64,000 nucleotides of DNA from Thermoanaerobaculia bacterium (GCA_963816185.1 CAWFJJ010000024.1:96001-160000), one strand, 5' to 3'; counted from the first letter of the stretch, positions 44,701-54,746 are shown. Numbers and translations are program-made. Notes: generated from the letters alone by a model not told the origin.

Positions 44701-47130
44701 GTGGATTTCCGGAACGCCTCACGCGCCCTGAAAGAGAAGGTGTTGCAGATCACGCGCAACGTCCGGGGACGCGTGTCTCCGGCCCTTCGCGGCCTCACCG
44801 ATCGCCTCCGCCGCGTTCCACATCCCGTGCTCTTCTTCGTCGGAGCCACGGGCGCTCTTTTTTTCGTCGCCGGGATCGTCGTCATCCTCTACTTTTCACA
44901 CGTCGTGTCGCGCACGATGGACGGGCGGCGGTGGTCGCTTCCCACTCGCCTTTATTCGGACGCGTGGGCGGTGCGGCCCGGCGACACGCTTTCGGCCGAC
45001 GACGTGGTCCGGCGCCTCACGCGCCTGCGCTACGTCGAGGTCCCAAAACCGCCGGTTGCCGCGGGGCAATACGCGCGGGTTCACGGACGACTCGCGGTCA
45101 CCCTGAACGCGCGGGAGACCGCCTGGGGCCGAACGCCGGGTATCCCGGCCGAGATGGAATTCTCGGGGCGGCGCGTTGCGGCGCTGAAGCGGGCCGACGA
45201 CGGGACGCCGCTTCCCTACGTCGTGTTCGAGCCGGAGGTCGTGGGCTCCGTCTACGACGAGAAGATGCAGGACCGCACGCTCGTCACGCTCGACCAGGTC
45301 CCTCAGGTGGTGCTCGACGCGATTCTCACGACCGAGGACCGCGACTTCTTCACGCACGGCGGCATCGCGTTCAAGCGACTCGTGGGCGCGGTCCTTCAGG
45401 GCGCGGCGCGCGGGGGCAACGTACGCGGAACCTCCACGCTCACGCAGCAGCTCGTGAAGAACATGTTCCTGACGCCCGAGCGCAAGCTGAAGCGCAAGGC
45501 CGTCGAGGCGCTGATGGCGGTCATCCTCGAGGCGAAATACAGCAAGAAGCAGATCCTCGAAGCGTACTTGAACGAGATCTACCTCGGTCAGCGCGGCTCG
45601 ATCTCGGTCACGGGCGTCGAGGAGGCCTCTCGCTTCTACTTCGGAAAGAGCGTGTCGCGCCTGGACCTCCCGGAGGCCGCGATGCTCGCGGGCCTCATCT
45701 CGTCGCCCGGCAAGTACTCGCCTTACCGAAACCCCGACAACGCCCGCCAACGCCGCGCCCTCGTCCTCAAGGGGATGCTCGAGCAGAAGAAGATCGACAA
45801 GGCGGCCTACGAGGCCGCGCTCCTCGCGCCGCTCACGCGGTCGAAGGGGCCTCCGGCGGGGATCATCGCGCCGCACTTCGTCGACTTCGTCCTCTCCCAG
45901 GCGAAGGAGACGCCCGGGTTCGTGAAGGAGGACGGTCTGTCCGTCTACACGACTCTCGATCCCGACATGCAGCAGGCCGCACAGGCGGCCGTCCTCAAGG
46001 GGCTCGAAGACCTCGAAAAGCGCTACAAGCGCCTTCGGCCGCACGGCGAGGAAGACATGCTCCAGGCCGCCGTCATCGCGCTCGATCCGGCGACGGGCTC
46101 CGTGCGCGCTTTGGTCGGGGGGCGGGACTACCAGGTCAGCCAGTTCAACCGCGTCGTGCAGGCTCGCCGCCAGCCGGGCTCGCTCTTCAAGCCGTTCGTG
46201 TACCTGACGGCGTTCGGGAAGCGCGATCTCCCGAAGCCGATCACGCCCGCCTCGATTTTCGTCGACTCGCCCATCGCGCTCGTGTGGGGCAAGGGTGAGG
46301 ACGAGACATGGTCCCCGAGGAATTATGACGGCGATTTCCGCGGACCGATGACGGCGCGCCAGGCGCTCGAGCAGTCCATCAACATCCCGACGGTGCGCAT
46401 TGCGGTCACGGAGACTTCGCCGGGGCGCACGCTCCTCCCGGACATCGTCGACACCGCTCGGCGCGCCGGGATCACGTCGCCCATGAAGCCTTACCCCTCG
46501 CTCGCCCTGGGCGCGTTCGAGACGAGTCCGATGGAGATCGCGGCCGCCTATTGCATGTTCGCGAACGGCGGTTTCCGCGTTCGGCCGAACGCGCTCCTCG
46601 GCATCGTGAGCTCGAATTCACGGCGTATCGAGAGGAAAGACGAGCCCGTCGTGCGCGGGGCCGATGCCGACGCGGTCTCGATCCTCGACTCGGTGCTGCA
46701 GGGGGTCGTGGACCGAGGCACCGGCGCGTCCGCCCGCCGCCTCGGGGCGCAGGGCATCCTCGCCGGCAAGACCGGCACGACGAACGACGGACGCGACGCC
46801 TGGTTCATCGGCTTCTCGCCGCGCCTTCTCGTGGCCGTCTGGGTCGGTTTCGACGACAACCGCGGCCTGAACCTGTCCGGCTCCTCGGCGGCCCTGCCGA
46901 TCTTCGCCGACTTCGTCCGGCGCCTTCCTTCGCAGTACTTCGAGGTGCCGTTTCCGACGACGCCGGGCATCGTCACGGCTTCCATCGATCCGACGACCGG
47001 CATGCTCGTGACCGAAGAGTGCCCGAAATCGCTCAACGAGGTCTTTCTCGCGGGCACCGCGCCGACGGAGCGTTGCACCGTTCACGGCGGCGTCGGGCCC
47101 GGCCCCGGCATCGCCGACGGAGCTCCATGA
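44701..47130 (+). CDS. mrcB: Class A penicillin-binding protein (PBP1B-like)
   Basis: TM anchor, UB2H-like region, EDRDF, STLTQQLVKN, RK..E, YLN; SLFK, SIN, KTGT transpeptidase motifs. Confidence 0.88.
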   Translation: MDFRNASRALKEKVLQITRNVRGRVSPALRGLTDRLRRVPHPVLFFVGATGALFFVAGIVVILYFSHVVSRTMDGRRWSLPTRLYSDAWAVRPGDTLSADDVVRRLTRLRYVEVPKPPVAAGQYARVHGRLAVTLNARETAWGRTPGIPAEMEFSGRRVAALKRADDGTPLPYVVFEPEVVGSVYDEKMQDRTLVTLDQVPQVVLDAILTTEDRDFFTHGGIAFKRLVGAVLQGAARGGNVRGTSTLTQQLVKNMFLTPERKLKRKAVEALMAVILEAKYSKKQILEAYLNEIYLGQRGSISVTGVEEASRFYFGKSVSRLDLPEAAMLAGLISSPGKYSPYRNPDNARQRRALVLKGMLEQKKIDKAAYEAALLAPLTRSKGPPAGIIAPHFVDFVLSQAKETPGFVKEDGLSVYTTLDPDMQQAAQAAVLKGLEDLEKRYKRLRPHGEEDMLQAAVIALDPATGSVRALVGGRDYQVSQFNRVVQARRQPGSLFKPFVYLTAFGKRDLPKPITPASIFVDSPIALVWGKGEDETWSPRNYDGDFRGPMTARQALEQSINIPTVRIAVTETSPGRTLLPDIVDTARRAGITSPMKPYPSLALGAFETSPMEIAAAYCMFANGGFRVRPNALLGIVSSNSRRIERKDEPVVRGADADAVSILDSVLQGVVDRGTGASARRLGAQGILAGKTGTTNDGRDAWFIGFSPRLLVAVWVGFDDNRGLNLSGSSAALPIFADFVRRLPSQYFEVPFPTTPGIVTASIDPTTGMLVTEECPKSLNEVFLAGTAPTERCTVHGGVGPGPGIADGAP

Positions 47131-48179
47131 TGCTCACGCTGCCGCCGATGGACCTCGGGCTCGTGGTGCGCAGCCACGGCTGGTACGACTTGCCTCCATT
47201 CGAATGGGACGCGAAAGAAAAGACCCTGGGATTGATTTTCTTAGAAGGAGAATGCCCCGTACGAGTCGAGGTGGCGGAGCAGCCGGGCGGACTGGTTGCT
47301 CAGGCTCGGGCCATCGCGCCTTCGGCGCGGGAGACCGATTTCTCATATGCGGCGGCTGCTGTGCAGCCGCCGATAGCAGCAAATCTGTCCTCGGATGGCG
47401 GGAGTCAAGGGCGCGCTGCGCGCGCCGCGAAGCGGTCGAAGACCCTTGACACCCGCCTTCCGAGGAAGATCTCTTTCTCTTTCAAAGCAAATCTCTCTTC
47501 GGACGTTCCATCCGAGGCCTCGGTTCGTCGTGCGCTGGAACGGGTCCTCGATCTGAAAGCGGATCTTTCTTCTTTCCACTCCCTCTGCGCCGGGGACCCG
47601 CGCTTCGCGTGGGTCGCCCGGCGCGGGGCGGGGCGGATCCTGCGCGCGCCGACTCTGTTCGAGGACGCCGTAAAGGTCCTCGCGACGACGAACTGCACCT
47701 GGGGTCTGACGAAGCTCATGGTGAACAATCTGATCGAACGCTTCGATCGGGGCGGGGCATTTCCGGATGCGCCCTTCGTCGCGGGCCTTTCCGCGCGCTC
47801 TCTCGCCGCTGCGAAATGGGGTTACCGTGCGCCTTATCTCACCGCGTTCGCGCGGCGCGTCGCCTCGGGAAAGCTGGATCTCGCGCGCTGGGAGGATCCG
47901 GACCTTCCCGACGAGGAGGTCGAGAAGGAGATCCGCGCGGAGAAAGGCTTCGGCCCTTATGCCGCCGACACGCTGGGGCGGCTTCTCGGGCGGCACCGCA
48001 AGCTGGGCCTCGACGCCTGGTCTCGCAAGAAGGTCGCGACCCTGAGGTTTCGGGGCCGCGCCGTGAAGGACGCGCGCGTCGCGCGCTTCTACGCGTCGTT
48101 CGGACCGCACGCGGGCCTCGCGTTCTGGCTCGACATGACGCACGACTGGCACGAGGAGAAGGAGACCGTGTGGCCCTGA
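47127..48179 (+). CDS. AlkA/Ogg-like HhH-GPD DNA glycosylase with in-frame repeat insert
   Basis: SHGW.DLPPF, GRILRAPTLFED.VK....TNC.W, GYRA, KGFGPYAA HhH; ~65 aa insert at ~47307-47510. Confidence 0.78.
   Translation: MMLTLPPMDLGLVVRSHGWYDLPPFEWDAKEKTLGLIFLEGECPVRVEVAEQPGGLVAQARAIAPSARETDFSYAAAAVQPPIAANLSSDGGSQGRAARAAKRSKTLDTRLPRKISFSFKANLSSDVPSEASVRRALERVLDLKADLSSFHSLCAGDPRFAWVARRGAGRILRAPTLFEDAVKVLATTNCTWGLTKLMVNNLIERFDRGGAFPDAPFVAGLSARSLAAAKWGYRAPYLTAFARRVASGKLDLARWEDPDLPDEEVEKEIRAEKGFGPYAADTLGRLLGRHRKLGLDAWSRKKVATLRFRGRAVKDARVARFYASFGPHAGLAFWLDMTHDWHEEKETVWP
47231..47500 (+). repeat. Dispersed element copy VIII with hairpin cassette (in frame in DNA glycosylase)
   Basis: GATTTTCTTAGAAGGAGAA; CATATGCGGCGGCTGC-TGT-GCAGCCGCCG; GTCAAGGG-31nt-CCCTTGAC; CTTTCAAAGCAAATCTCTCTTC. 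Confidence 0.88.
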
Positions 48180-48219
48180 GCGCCTCGTCTGCGAAGATTC
48201 GGTCAGAGAGCGACACGGC

Positions 48220-48963
48220 GTGAAGAGGGTGATCCTCGTCGGCGCGACCGACGGCCTCGGGAAGGCCCTCGCCGAGGTGTATGCCGCGCGCGGCTTCTGG
48301 GTGACCATCCTCGGGCGCTCGGAGAAGAAGCTCGACGCGCTCGTCGCGGATCTGAGGCGGCGCTTCCCGGTTGCGACGGTCAACGGGGTCGTCTGCGACG
48401 TCGCGGACGCGGCGCGGCTCGAGCCGGCGTTCCGCGAGGCCCTCGCCGTCACCGGGCACTGTGACCTCTTCCTCTACAACGCCGGCGTCCTGCACCACAG
48501 CGACGGCGTCACGAGCGTCCCTGCCCTCGACGCCGACACGATGGAGGTCAACGCGGTCGCGGCCGTGAGGCTGCTCGGCCTCGCGGCGAACTGGTTTCGG
48601 GTCGCCGGGCGCGGGCAGATCGCGGCCATCTCGTCCATCGCGGGCGACCGGGGGCGCAAGGGGAATCCCGCGTACAACGCTTCCAAGGCGGCTCTTTCGA
48701 CTTTTCTCGAAGGCCTTCGCAACCGGCTTGCGCCGTTCGGCGTGACCGTCTCCACCGTGAAGCCCGGCTACGTCGGGACGCGGATGACGGCGGGGAAGCC
48801 GGGAATGTTCTGGGTCGCGCCGGCCGACGAGGCCGCGCGGATCATCGCGGTCCGCCTCGAGAAGCGGCACGAGGTCTTCTACGTCTACAGGCGCTGGGCG
48901 CTGCTCGGCTTCGCGATGCGGCACGTGCCCCGCTTCGTGTTCAAGAGGTTCGGCCCGGCGTGA
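48220..48963 (+). CDS. Short-chain dehydrogenase (DprE2-like)
   Basis: GATDGLG, SSIAGDRGRKGN..YNASK, VKPG.V.T.MT. Confidence 0.85.
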   Translation: MKRVILVGATDGLGKALAEVYAARGFWVTILGRSEKKLDALVADLRRRFPVATVNGVVCDVADAARLEPAFREALAVTGHCDLFLYNAGVLHHSDGVTSVPALDADTMEVNAVAAVRLLGLAANWFRVAGRGQIAAISSIAGDRGRKGNPAYNASKAALSTFLEGLRNRLAPFGVTVSTVKPGYVGTRMTAGKPGMFWVAPADEAARIIAVRLEKRHEVFYVYRRWALLGFAMRHVPRFVFKRFGPA

Positions 48964-50267
48964 GCGCGCTTCCTCCGCCCGAGCGCCTCGAGGGCTTCGG
49001 CCTCTACAACGTCTCCGTGTCGCCCGTCTTCCGGCCCGCGTCCCTCGACGCGCTTCGCGACGCGCTCGCCACCGGCGCGTCGAACGGGTCGAAGATAGTG
49101 TTCCGCGGTGCAGGGCGCTCGTATGGCGACGCTTCGACGAATCCCGCGGGTCCCGTCGTGGAGATGACGGGACTGAACGCGATCGCCGGCTTCGACGAGA
49201 CCTCGGGGGTCGTCCGGGCCGGGGCAGGACTCACGTTCGGGGACTTGTGGAAGTGGTCGATCCCCCACGGGTTCTGGCCGCCTGTCGTGACCGGAACGAT
49301 GCACGTCACGCTCGGCGGCGCCGTCGCGATGAACGTGCATGGGAAGAACGGTTGGAAGAAAGGGACGATCGGAGACCACGTCGAGAGCGTCTCGATCCTG
49401 CGCGACGGTGGCCGCGTCGAGGAGATCGCACGCGGCACGCGCGCCTTCGAGGACGTCGTCGGCAACTGGCGGCTTCCCGACCCGATCGTCGAGGTCTCGC
49501 TGAAGCTGAAAAGGGTCGCGACCGGCTACCTCGACGTGGAAGCCTTCGCGACCCCGAACCTGGCCGCGACGCTCGCGGGTCTCGACGGCGCAAAGGAAGA
49601 CTGGGATTACGTCGTCGGCTGGATGGACTGCTGGGCGAGGGGTACGAGCCTCGGCCGGAGCGTGCTCCACGTCGCGAACGAGCAACCTGCGAAAGAGGGA
49701 GAGCCGCGCGGGCTGAGCGTCGAGGAGCAGGTCGCGGACATCCGTATGGGGCCTCTGCCCGTCCCGGTTCTTCTCCTCGGGCTCAAACTAACGGCCGCGG
49801 GGCCCCAGATGCGGTTCGTGAACGCCGGTAAGTACGCCGCATCGCTTCTGCGCGGACGGGCGCACTACCGGCAGTCGCTCGTGGCGTACTCGTTTCTCCT
49901 CGACTACCTGCCCGGCTGGAACGAAGCGTATCGGCCCGGCGGGTTCATCCAGTATCAGCTCTTCGTGCCGAAAGACGCCGCCGAAGCGGCGTTCCGGACC
50001 GCGCTGCAGCTCCAGCACGAGATGGGCGTCGTCTCGTCCCTCGCCGTCGTGAAGCGCCACCGGGCGGATCGTTTTGCGCGCGGCTACGCGCTCGACGGCT
50101 TCTCCCTCGCGCTGGACTTCCCGGTCACGCGGAGAAACGCGAGCCGGCTCATCGCACTGGCCCGCGCGTTCGACGCCCTTCTTCTCGCGTGCGGCGGGCA
50201 CACCTACAAGGCGAAGGACTGCGTCGGGAGCGTCGAGCGCCTCGCTGCGGCGCGTGGAGAGGCATGA
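48960..50267 (+). CDS. FAD-binding oxidoreductase (DprE1-like)
   Basis: RGAGRSYGD, V.GT..VTLGGAVA.NVHGKN, GFIQYQ, SLALDFP, YKAKD; C-terminus short. Confidence 0.85.
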   Translation: MSALPPPERLEGFGLYNVSVSPVFRPASLDALRDALATGASNGSKIVFRGAGRSYGDASTNPAGPVVEMTGLNAIAGFDETSGVVRAGAGLTFGDLWKWSIPHGFWPPVVTGTMHVTLGGAVAMNVHGKNGWKKGTIGDHVESVSILRDGGRVEEIARGTRAFEDVVGNWRLPDPIVEVSLKLKRVATGYLDVEAFATPNLAATLAGLDGAKEDWDYVVGWMDCWARGTSLGRSVLHVANEQPAKEGEPRGLSVEEQVADIRMGPLPVPVLLLGLKLTAAGPQMRFVNAGKYAASLLRGRAHYRQSLVAYSFLLDYLPGWNEAYRPGGFIQYQLFVPKDAAEAAFRTALQLQHEMGVVSSLAVVKRHRADRFARGYALDGFSLALDFPVTRRNASRLIALARAFDALLLACGGHTYKAKDCVGSVERLAAARGEA

Positions 50268-50692
50268 GAAGGCCGGCGCGCGCTCTGCTTCTTGCGAGCG
50301 TTCTCGCGGTCGTTCTCGAGCTCGGAGGATGCCAGTCGAACGAGTCGCCGACGTCGCCGCGGTCCTGCATTCCGCTCACCGGCCAGTACGCGGGCGTCTT
50401 CACGGATACGTGCGGGCTTTCGAAGACCGAGGACGTCACGCTCTTTCAGACCGACTGTACCGTCGTCGCGGAGTTCCCGGGCGTCGGCAGCCTGCAGGGC
50501 ACCGTCTCGGGCGGGACGCTCGTCTTCGCGATCGGCTTCAGCGGATTCTCGCCCTGTGGCGGCTCGGCGAGCGGCTCGGCCGCGCTGACGCCTTCCGGCG
50601 ACCTCACGGGACACTACAGTGGAGAGACGACCGGCACCGGCACGACCTGCTGCGGAAACGTGACGGGCGCGTTCACCCTCACGCGGCGGTGA
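50264..50692 (+). CDS. Hypothetical Cys-rich lipoprotein
   Basis: Lipobox LGGC; coupled to upstream stop (ATGA). Confidence 0.6.
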   Translation: MRRPARALLLASVLAVVLELGGCQSNESPTSPRSCIPLTGQYAGVFTDTCGLSKTEDVTLFQTDCTVVAEFPGVGSLQGTVSGGTLVFAIGFSGFSPCGGSASGSAALTPSGDLTGHYSGETTGTGTTCCGNVTGAFTLTRR

Positions 50693-50699
50693 TCAGATT

Positions 50700-51248
50700 T
50701 CAGGTTCTTTGTTCCGGGTCGGATCTCACGAACTCGTCCGTGTCCGACGACACGATGATCGCCATGCCGCCTTCCGCGCTGTAGGCGGCCGTCTCGGTCG
50801 TTCCGGCCTCGGATCGGCAATAGTCGCCGGCGCGAAGCATGACCCCGTTCAGGAGCACGGAGCCGGCGACGATGAAGACCTCCTCCGTGGCGCCGTGGCG
50901 GTGCGCGGGGTACGTCGAGCCGGGAGCGAAGCGGAGGAGGCGCGTCGTGTAGCCGCGCGCGTCGTCCCGGTGAAGGACCTTGTAGTCGAGGCCCGGCAAG
51001 GGGGCCGGAATCCAGCCGGTGTCGGCGACGAGCACGGCGGTGACCCCGGGCAGCACGGTGCGGCCGCCGGGCGGCAGGGAGGCCGGGCTCGCGGGCTTCT
51101 CCGACGCGATCCTGTCGAGGATGCGCTTCTTCAGGTGGTGCGGCGGGGGCGCCGAGAACGAATACGCGAGCGCGTCGACGACGTCGCCGAATTCACGTCT
51201 CAGCTCGAGCCAATCGCGGTCGTTCGTATCGTCGTTCACGTCGTCCAT
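50700..51248 (-). CDS. ChrR-like cupin anti-sigma factor
   Basis: PPPHHLKKRILDRI anti-sigma helix; LLRFAPG..YPAHRH...EE cupin; follows ECF sigma. Confidence 0.8.
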   Translation of the reverse strand: MDDVNDDTNDRDWLELRREFGDVVDALAYSFSAPPPHHLKKRILDRIASEKPASPASLPPGGRTVLPGVTAVLVADTGWIPAPLPGLDYKVLHRDDARGYTTRLLRFAPGSTYPAHRHGATEEVFIVAGSVLLNGVMLRAGDYCRSEAGTTETAAYSAEGGMAIIVSSDTDEFVRSDPEQRT

Positions 51249-51900
51249 CCTTCGGCACGAGGCCCGAGCGTTTGGCGCAGGCGCTGGAGCGCGAGCCGGA
51301 TCCGTGATTTCGCGGTGCCGAGCGGCTGGGCGAGCCTCTCGGAGATCTCCGTGTGCGTGAGCCCCTGAAAATACGCGAGCTCGATGACCTCGCGTTGCTC
51401 GGCCGGCAGACATGCGAGCGCGGCGCGCACGGTGGAGGCGCGCTGGGCGAGAGCGGAGCCGGACTCCGGGTCGATGAGAGTCGACGCGAGATCGCGCACC
51501 TGATCGAGATCCTCCTCGTGCCGGCAGACCCCTCCCCGCGCACGAAGCCGATCGATGGCACGCGAGCGCGCGAGCATCAGAAGCCAGGCGATCGGCTCAC
51601 CCCGGCCGGCGTCGAATCGGGCCGCCTGCCGCCACGCCTGCGTGTAAACGTCAAGAGTCACCTCCTCGGCATCTGCCGGATCGCGCAGCACCTTGAGGCA
51701 GATTCCGTAGACGTACTTGCTCGAGAGGTCGTAGAGATCCGACAGCGCGGCCGTGTCCCCGCGGCGATCCGGCGCATGAGCTCCGCATGGTCCGGGCGCA
51801 CCTCGCCCTGCCTCGGCGCCACGCTCAAGAGCGGTCTCGCATATTGACAGGGATTATGCCGGGCCCGGCGCTCGCGAGGCATCGGCAAAGCATCGGCCAT
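51236..51900 (-). CDS. ECF RNA polymerase sigma factor (RpoE/SigK-like); apparent frameshift ~51755
   Basis: DAEEV..DVY.QAW..A.RFD, WL..LARSRAIDRLR, LAYFQGLTH.EI, PLGTAKSRIR; N-terminal LMRRIAAG in another frame. Confidence 0.85.
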
Positions 51901-51908
51901 ACGGACAA

Positions 51909-51934
51909 TACGGTGGCCGGCCGAAACCGGATCA
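51909..51934 (-). promoter_or_regulatory. ECF (RpoE-ChrR type) promoter upstream of the sigma gene
   Basis: Minus strand TGATCC-N16-CGTA immediately before ATG at 51900. Confidence 0.7.
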
Positions 51935-51954
51935 CCGCGGGAGCGCGGTCGCGG

Positions 51955-52281
51955 CTAGTTCTTCCCCGGGTCCTTCAGATCCTCCCCCTTCACGGTCGCG
52001 GTCGCATCGTGCCCGAAGCCCCCTGAAACCTTGATCGTGAGATCGGTCTTCGCGGGAGGCGCGAAGTCGAACACTCCCTTCGCGTTCGTGCGCCCGGTGA
52101 GAAGGACCTTTCCCTTTGCGTCCGAAACCTGGACCGGCACGTCGCCCACCGGCTCGCCGTCGCTGAAGTACGCTTCGACGTGGACCCGGCCCTTCACGAC
52201 CTCCGCCCAGACGGCGACGTCGTGGGCGAGGGCGGTCCCGGTGGCCGCGAGGAGCAACGCGAGAACGAAAGCACGTTTCAT
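51955..52281 (-). CDS. Small secreted protein of metal-uptake operon (transthyretin/carboxypeptidase-regulatory-like fold)
   Basis: Signal peptide ending ALA-H, YFSDGEP, G.T...G.F.F, GH motif. Confidence 0.65.
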   Translation of the reverse strand: MKRAFVLALLLAATGTALAHDVAVWAEVVKGRVHVEAYFSDGEPVGDVPVQVSDAKGKVLLTGRTNAKGVFDFAPPAKTDLTIKVSGGFGHDATATVKGEDLKDPGKN

Positions 52282-53162
52282 GAGATGACCTCCCGGCGCC
52301 CGAAAAGGGGACGCCACGCGAGCGTGAGATAGAAGAGGGCGGTCGAGACGAGCGCGATCGCGCCGCCCGTCGGAACGGGGAGAAACCCGGAGAGAAACAG
52401 CCCTCCCGCGGCGGCGAGCGTGGAAAGGGCGACGCTCGCGAAGAAGAACTGGCGCAGGTTGGAGGCCACGTTCTGCGCCGCGGCGGCGGGCACGACGATC
52501 ATGACGAGGACGAGCAGCGCTCCCACGAGCTTCAGGCCGGCGACGACGACGGCCGTCGCGAGCGTCACGAAGACGTAGTCGAGAAGCGCGGGCCGTTTCC
52601 CGCGCGCGGCCGCCAGCGACGGGCTCAGGCTCGCGAGCACGAGGTCGTTGAACAGGAATCCTCCGGCGAGCGCGGCGAGGGCCGCCGTCGCGAGCAGGAT
52701 CGCGAGGTCCGCATCGCGCAGCGTGAGGAGGCTTCCGAAGAGCGTCCCCTCGATCTGGTGGATGTCGAAGCGTTTCGAGACGAGCGCCACCATGAGAACG
52801 CCGAGGCCCAGCGTCTGCGCGAGGAAGAGACCCGTGACGGTGTCGGACGGGACACGGCCGCGATGCTGGACGAACGTGACGAGGATCGCCGAGGCGAAGC
52901 AGAAGCCGTAGAGGCCGGCCCAGGTGGATCCGGGCGGCTCGCCGAGGAGAAGGCCGAGAGCGGTTCCCGTCATCGCGGCGTTCCCGATCGCCTGCGTGAA
53001 GAACGACATCCGCCTCGCCACGACGAGGGTGCCGAGCCCGCCGAAGAGCGGCCCGAGAAGGAGCGCGCCGAGGAGCCCGCGGATCATGAACGTGTGGACG
53101 AAGATCGCGGGCAGGAACCCCGCGCGCGCCCAGCCGGCCACGGCCTCGTAGGCGCCGCTCAC
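52278..53162 (-). CDS. Zn/Mn ABC transporter permease (ZnuB/MntB family)
   Basis: LG..VV.RRMSF, LFGS.L, VGALLV....VPAAAA. Confidence 0.88.
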   Translation of the reverse strand: MSGAYEAVAGWARAGFLPAIFVHTFMIRGLLGALLLGPLFGGLGTLVVARRMSFFTQAIGNAAMTGTALGLLLGEPPGSTWAGLYGFCFASAILVTFVQHRGRVPSDTVTGLFLAQTLGLGVLMVALVSKRFDIHQIEGTLFGSLLTLRDADLAILLATAALAALAGGFLFNDLVLASLSPSLAAARGKRPALLDYVFVTLATAVVVAGLKLVGALLVLVMIVVPAAAAQNVASNLRQFFFASVALSTLAAAGGLFLSGFLPVPTGGAIALVSTALFYLTLAWRPLFGRREVIS

Positions 53163-53860
53163 CGCGCGTTCCCTTCTGCGACGAGATCCGATTCGGAAAG
53201 CCGTCCCGGATCGCCGGTCGACACGATTTTCCGGTTCAGGACGGTGACGCGCGCGCAGAGCCGCGCGAGGAGGCCCCGGTCGTGCTCGACGAGAAGAATG
53301 GCCGCTCCTTGCCGCGCAAGGCGCGTGAGAAGCGCTTCGATGAGGCGCGTCCCGTCCTCGTCCACATGGCTCGCCGGCTCGTCGAGGACCAGAAGCTTCG
53401 GCTGCGGAACGAGCGCCTGCGCGAGAAGGACGCGGCGCAGCTCGCCGCCGGAAAGCTCGGGAAGGCGCCGCGAGGCGAGGGCGTCGGTTCCCGTCTCGGC
53501 GAGCGCGGAGGCGATGCGCGCGCGCAGCGCCTGAGGGCGCCGCCCGAGGACGGGAGCGCGGCGGAGCGCGAGCGCGAGGAAGTCGGAGACGGAGACGGGC
53601 AGCGCGGGATCGAGGTCGAGGCTCTGCGGCACGTAGCCGATCGGCTCGCCGGGAGAGAGCGCGAGTCGGATCGTGCCCGTGAACGGCACGCGGCCGAGAA
53701 GGCATTGCAGCAGCGTCGTCTTTCCGGCGCCGTTCGGACCGGTGAGCCCGTGGACTTCGCCCGCGAAGACGTCGAGGTCGACGCCGTCGAGCGCGAGGTC
53801 GCGCCCGCGCGCCGCGCGGAGCCCGCGGATCGCCACGACCGGGGCCGCCGGGACGTTCAC
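53159..53860 (-). CDS. Zn/Mn ABC transporter ATPase
   Basis: GPNGAGKTT, GYVPQ, LSGGE, LDEP, VEHD. Confidence 0.92.
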   Translation of the reverse strand: MNVPAAPVVAIRGLRAARGRDLALDGVDLDVFAGEVHGLTGPNGAGKTTLLQCLLGRVPFTGTIRLALSPGEPIGYVPQSLDLDPALPVSVSDFLALALRRAPVLGRRPQALRARIASALAETGTDALASRRLPELSGGELRRVLLAQALVPQPKLLVLDEPASHVDEDGTRLIEALLTRLARQGAAILLVEHDRGLLARLCARVTVLNRKIVSTGDPGRLSESDLVAEGNAR

Positions 53861-54746
53861 GGGCGGCGCCCCGCGACGGCCCGGCGGCGTCGACGATCGC
53901 GTCGAGGTTCGCCTTCGTATCGCGCTCGAATCGGTCTTTCGAATCGTCGCCGCCCGTCATGTGCGTGAGCCGGAAGAGGCGGCACCCGGTCTCCTTCTCG
54001 ATCGTGTCGACGTACCGGCCGGCGAGACCCATTTCCATGAAGAGCACGTTCACGCGCGCGGCCTTGATGCGGGCGATCGTGTCGGCGAGCTGCTTCGCCG
54101 AGGGCTCCAGGCCGTGCCGGGGCTGGACGACCGCCTCGACGGTCAGGCCGAGATCCGAGAAGAGATACGCGTAGCCGTCGTGGACCGTGGCGATGTGGAC
54201 GGCGGAAAGATCGAGCCCGTCGAGGCGCGCGAGCGCCTCCGCGAGAAGGTGCCGCAGCCTTTTCGTGTACGCCCTCGCGTTCTCCTCGAAGAGGGACGCG
54301 TCCTCGGGGTCGAGTCGGGAGAGGTCTTTGGCGAGCGTCTGGATCTGCTGCGACGCCGCGAGAACGGAGAGGAAGGAATGGGGGTTCACGCCGCCCGAGG
54401 CGCTGCGAAGGAGCGGGACGCCGCGGTTCGGGTCGAGGCGCGTGAGGCCGTCTCTTCCCGCGGCCTTCAGCATCGGCTCGAGGAAGGCGTCGTGGCCGAG
54501 CCCGTTCACGACGACGGCGTCCAGCGACTCGATCGCCGCGAGGTCGTCGGGACGCGGCTGGTACGAGTGCGGGTCCGCGCCGGCGGGCACGACGGGCACG
54601 ACGGTGACGGCGTCTCCGCCCACGTTCGCGACCCACGAGTAATAGGGGTTGAGCGTGACCCCGATGCGCAGCGGATGCGCCGGCGAGCCGGCGGCGGGGA
54701 GCGCCGCGAGACAGGCGAACGCGAGCGGTGCGGCGAGGGCTTTCAA
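53857..54746 (-). CDS. Zn/Mn ABC substrate-binding protein; apparent frameshift ~53880
   Basis: DPHSY, NPH, HDGYAY, EPSAKQL; a one-base shift near the end restores TGA at 53857-53859. Confidence 0.88.

Noticed and set aside
52278-54746. Apparent 822-aa substrate-binding/permease fusion
   Set aside because: A frameshift near 53880 lets the SBP frame run through the ATPase gene out of frame; three ordinary ABC genes explain it.
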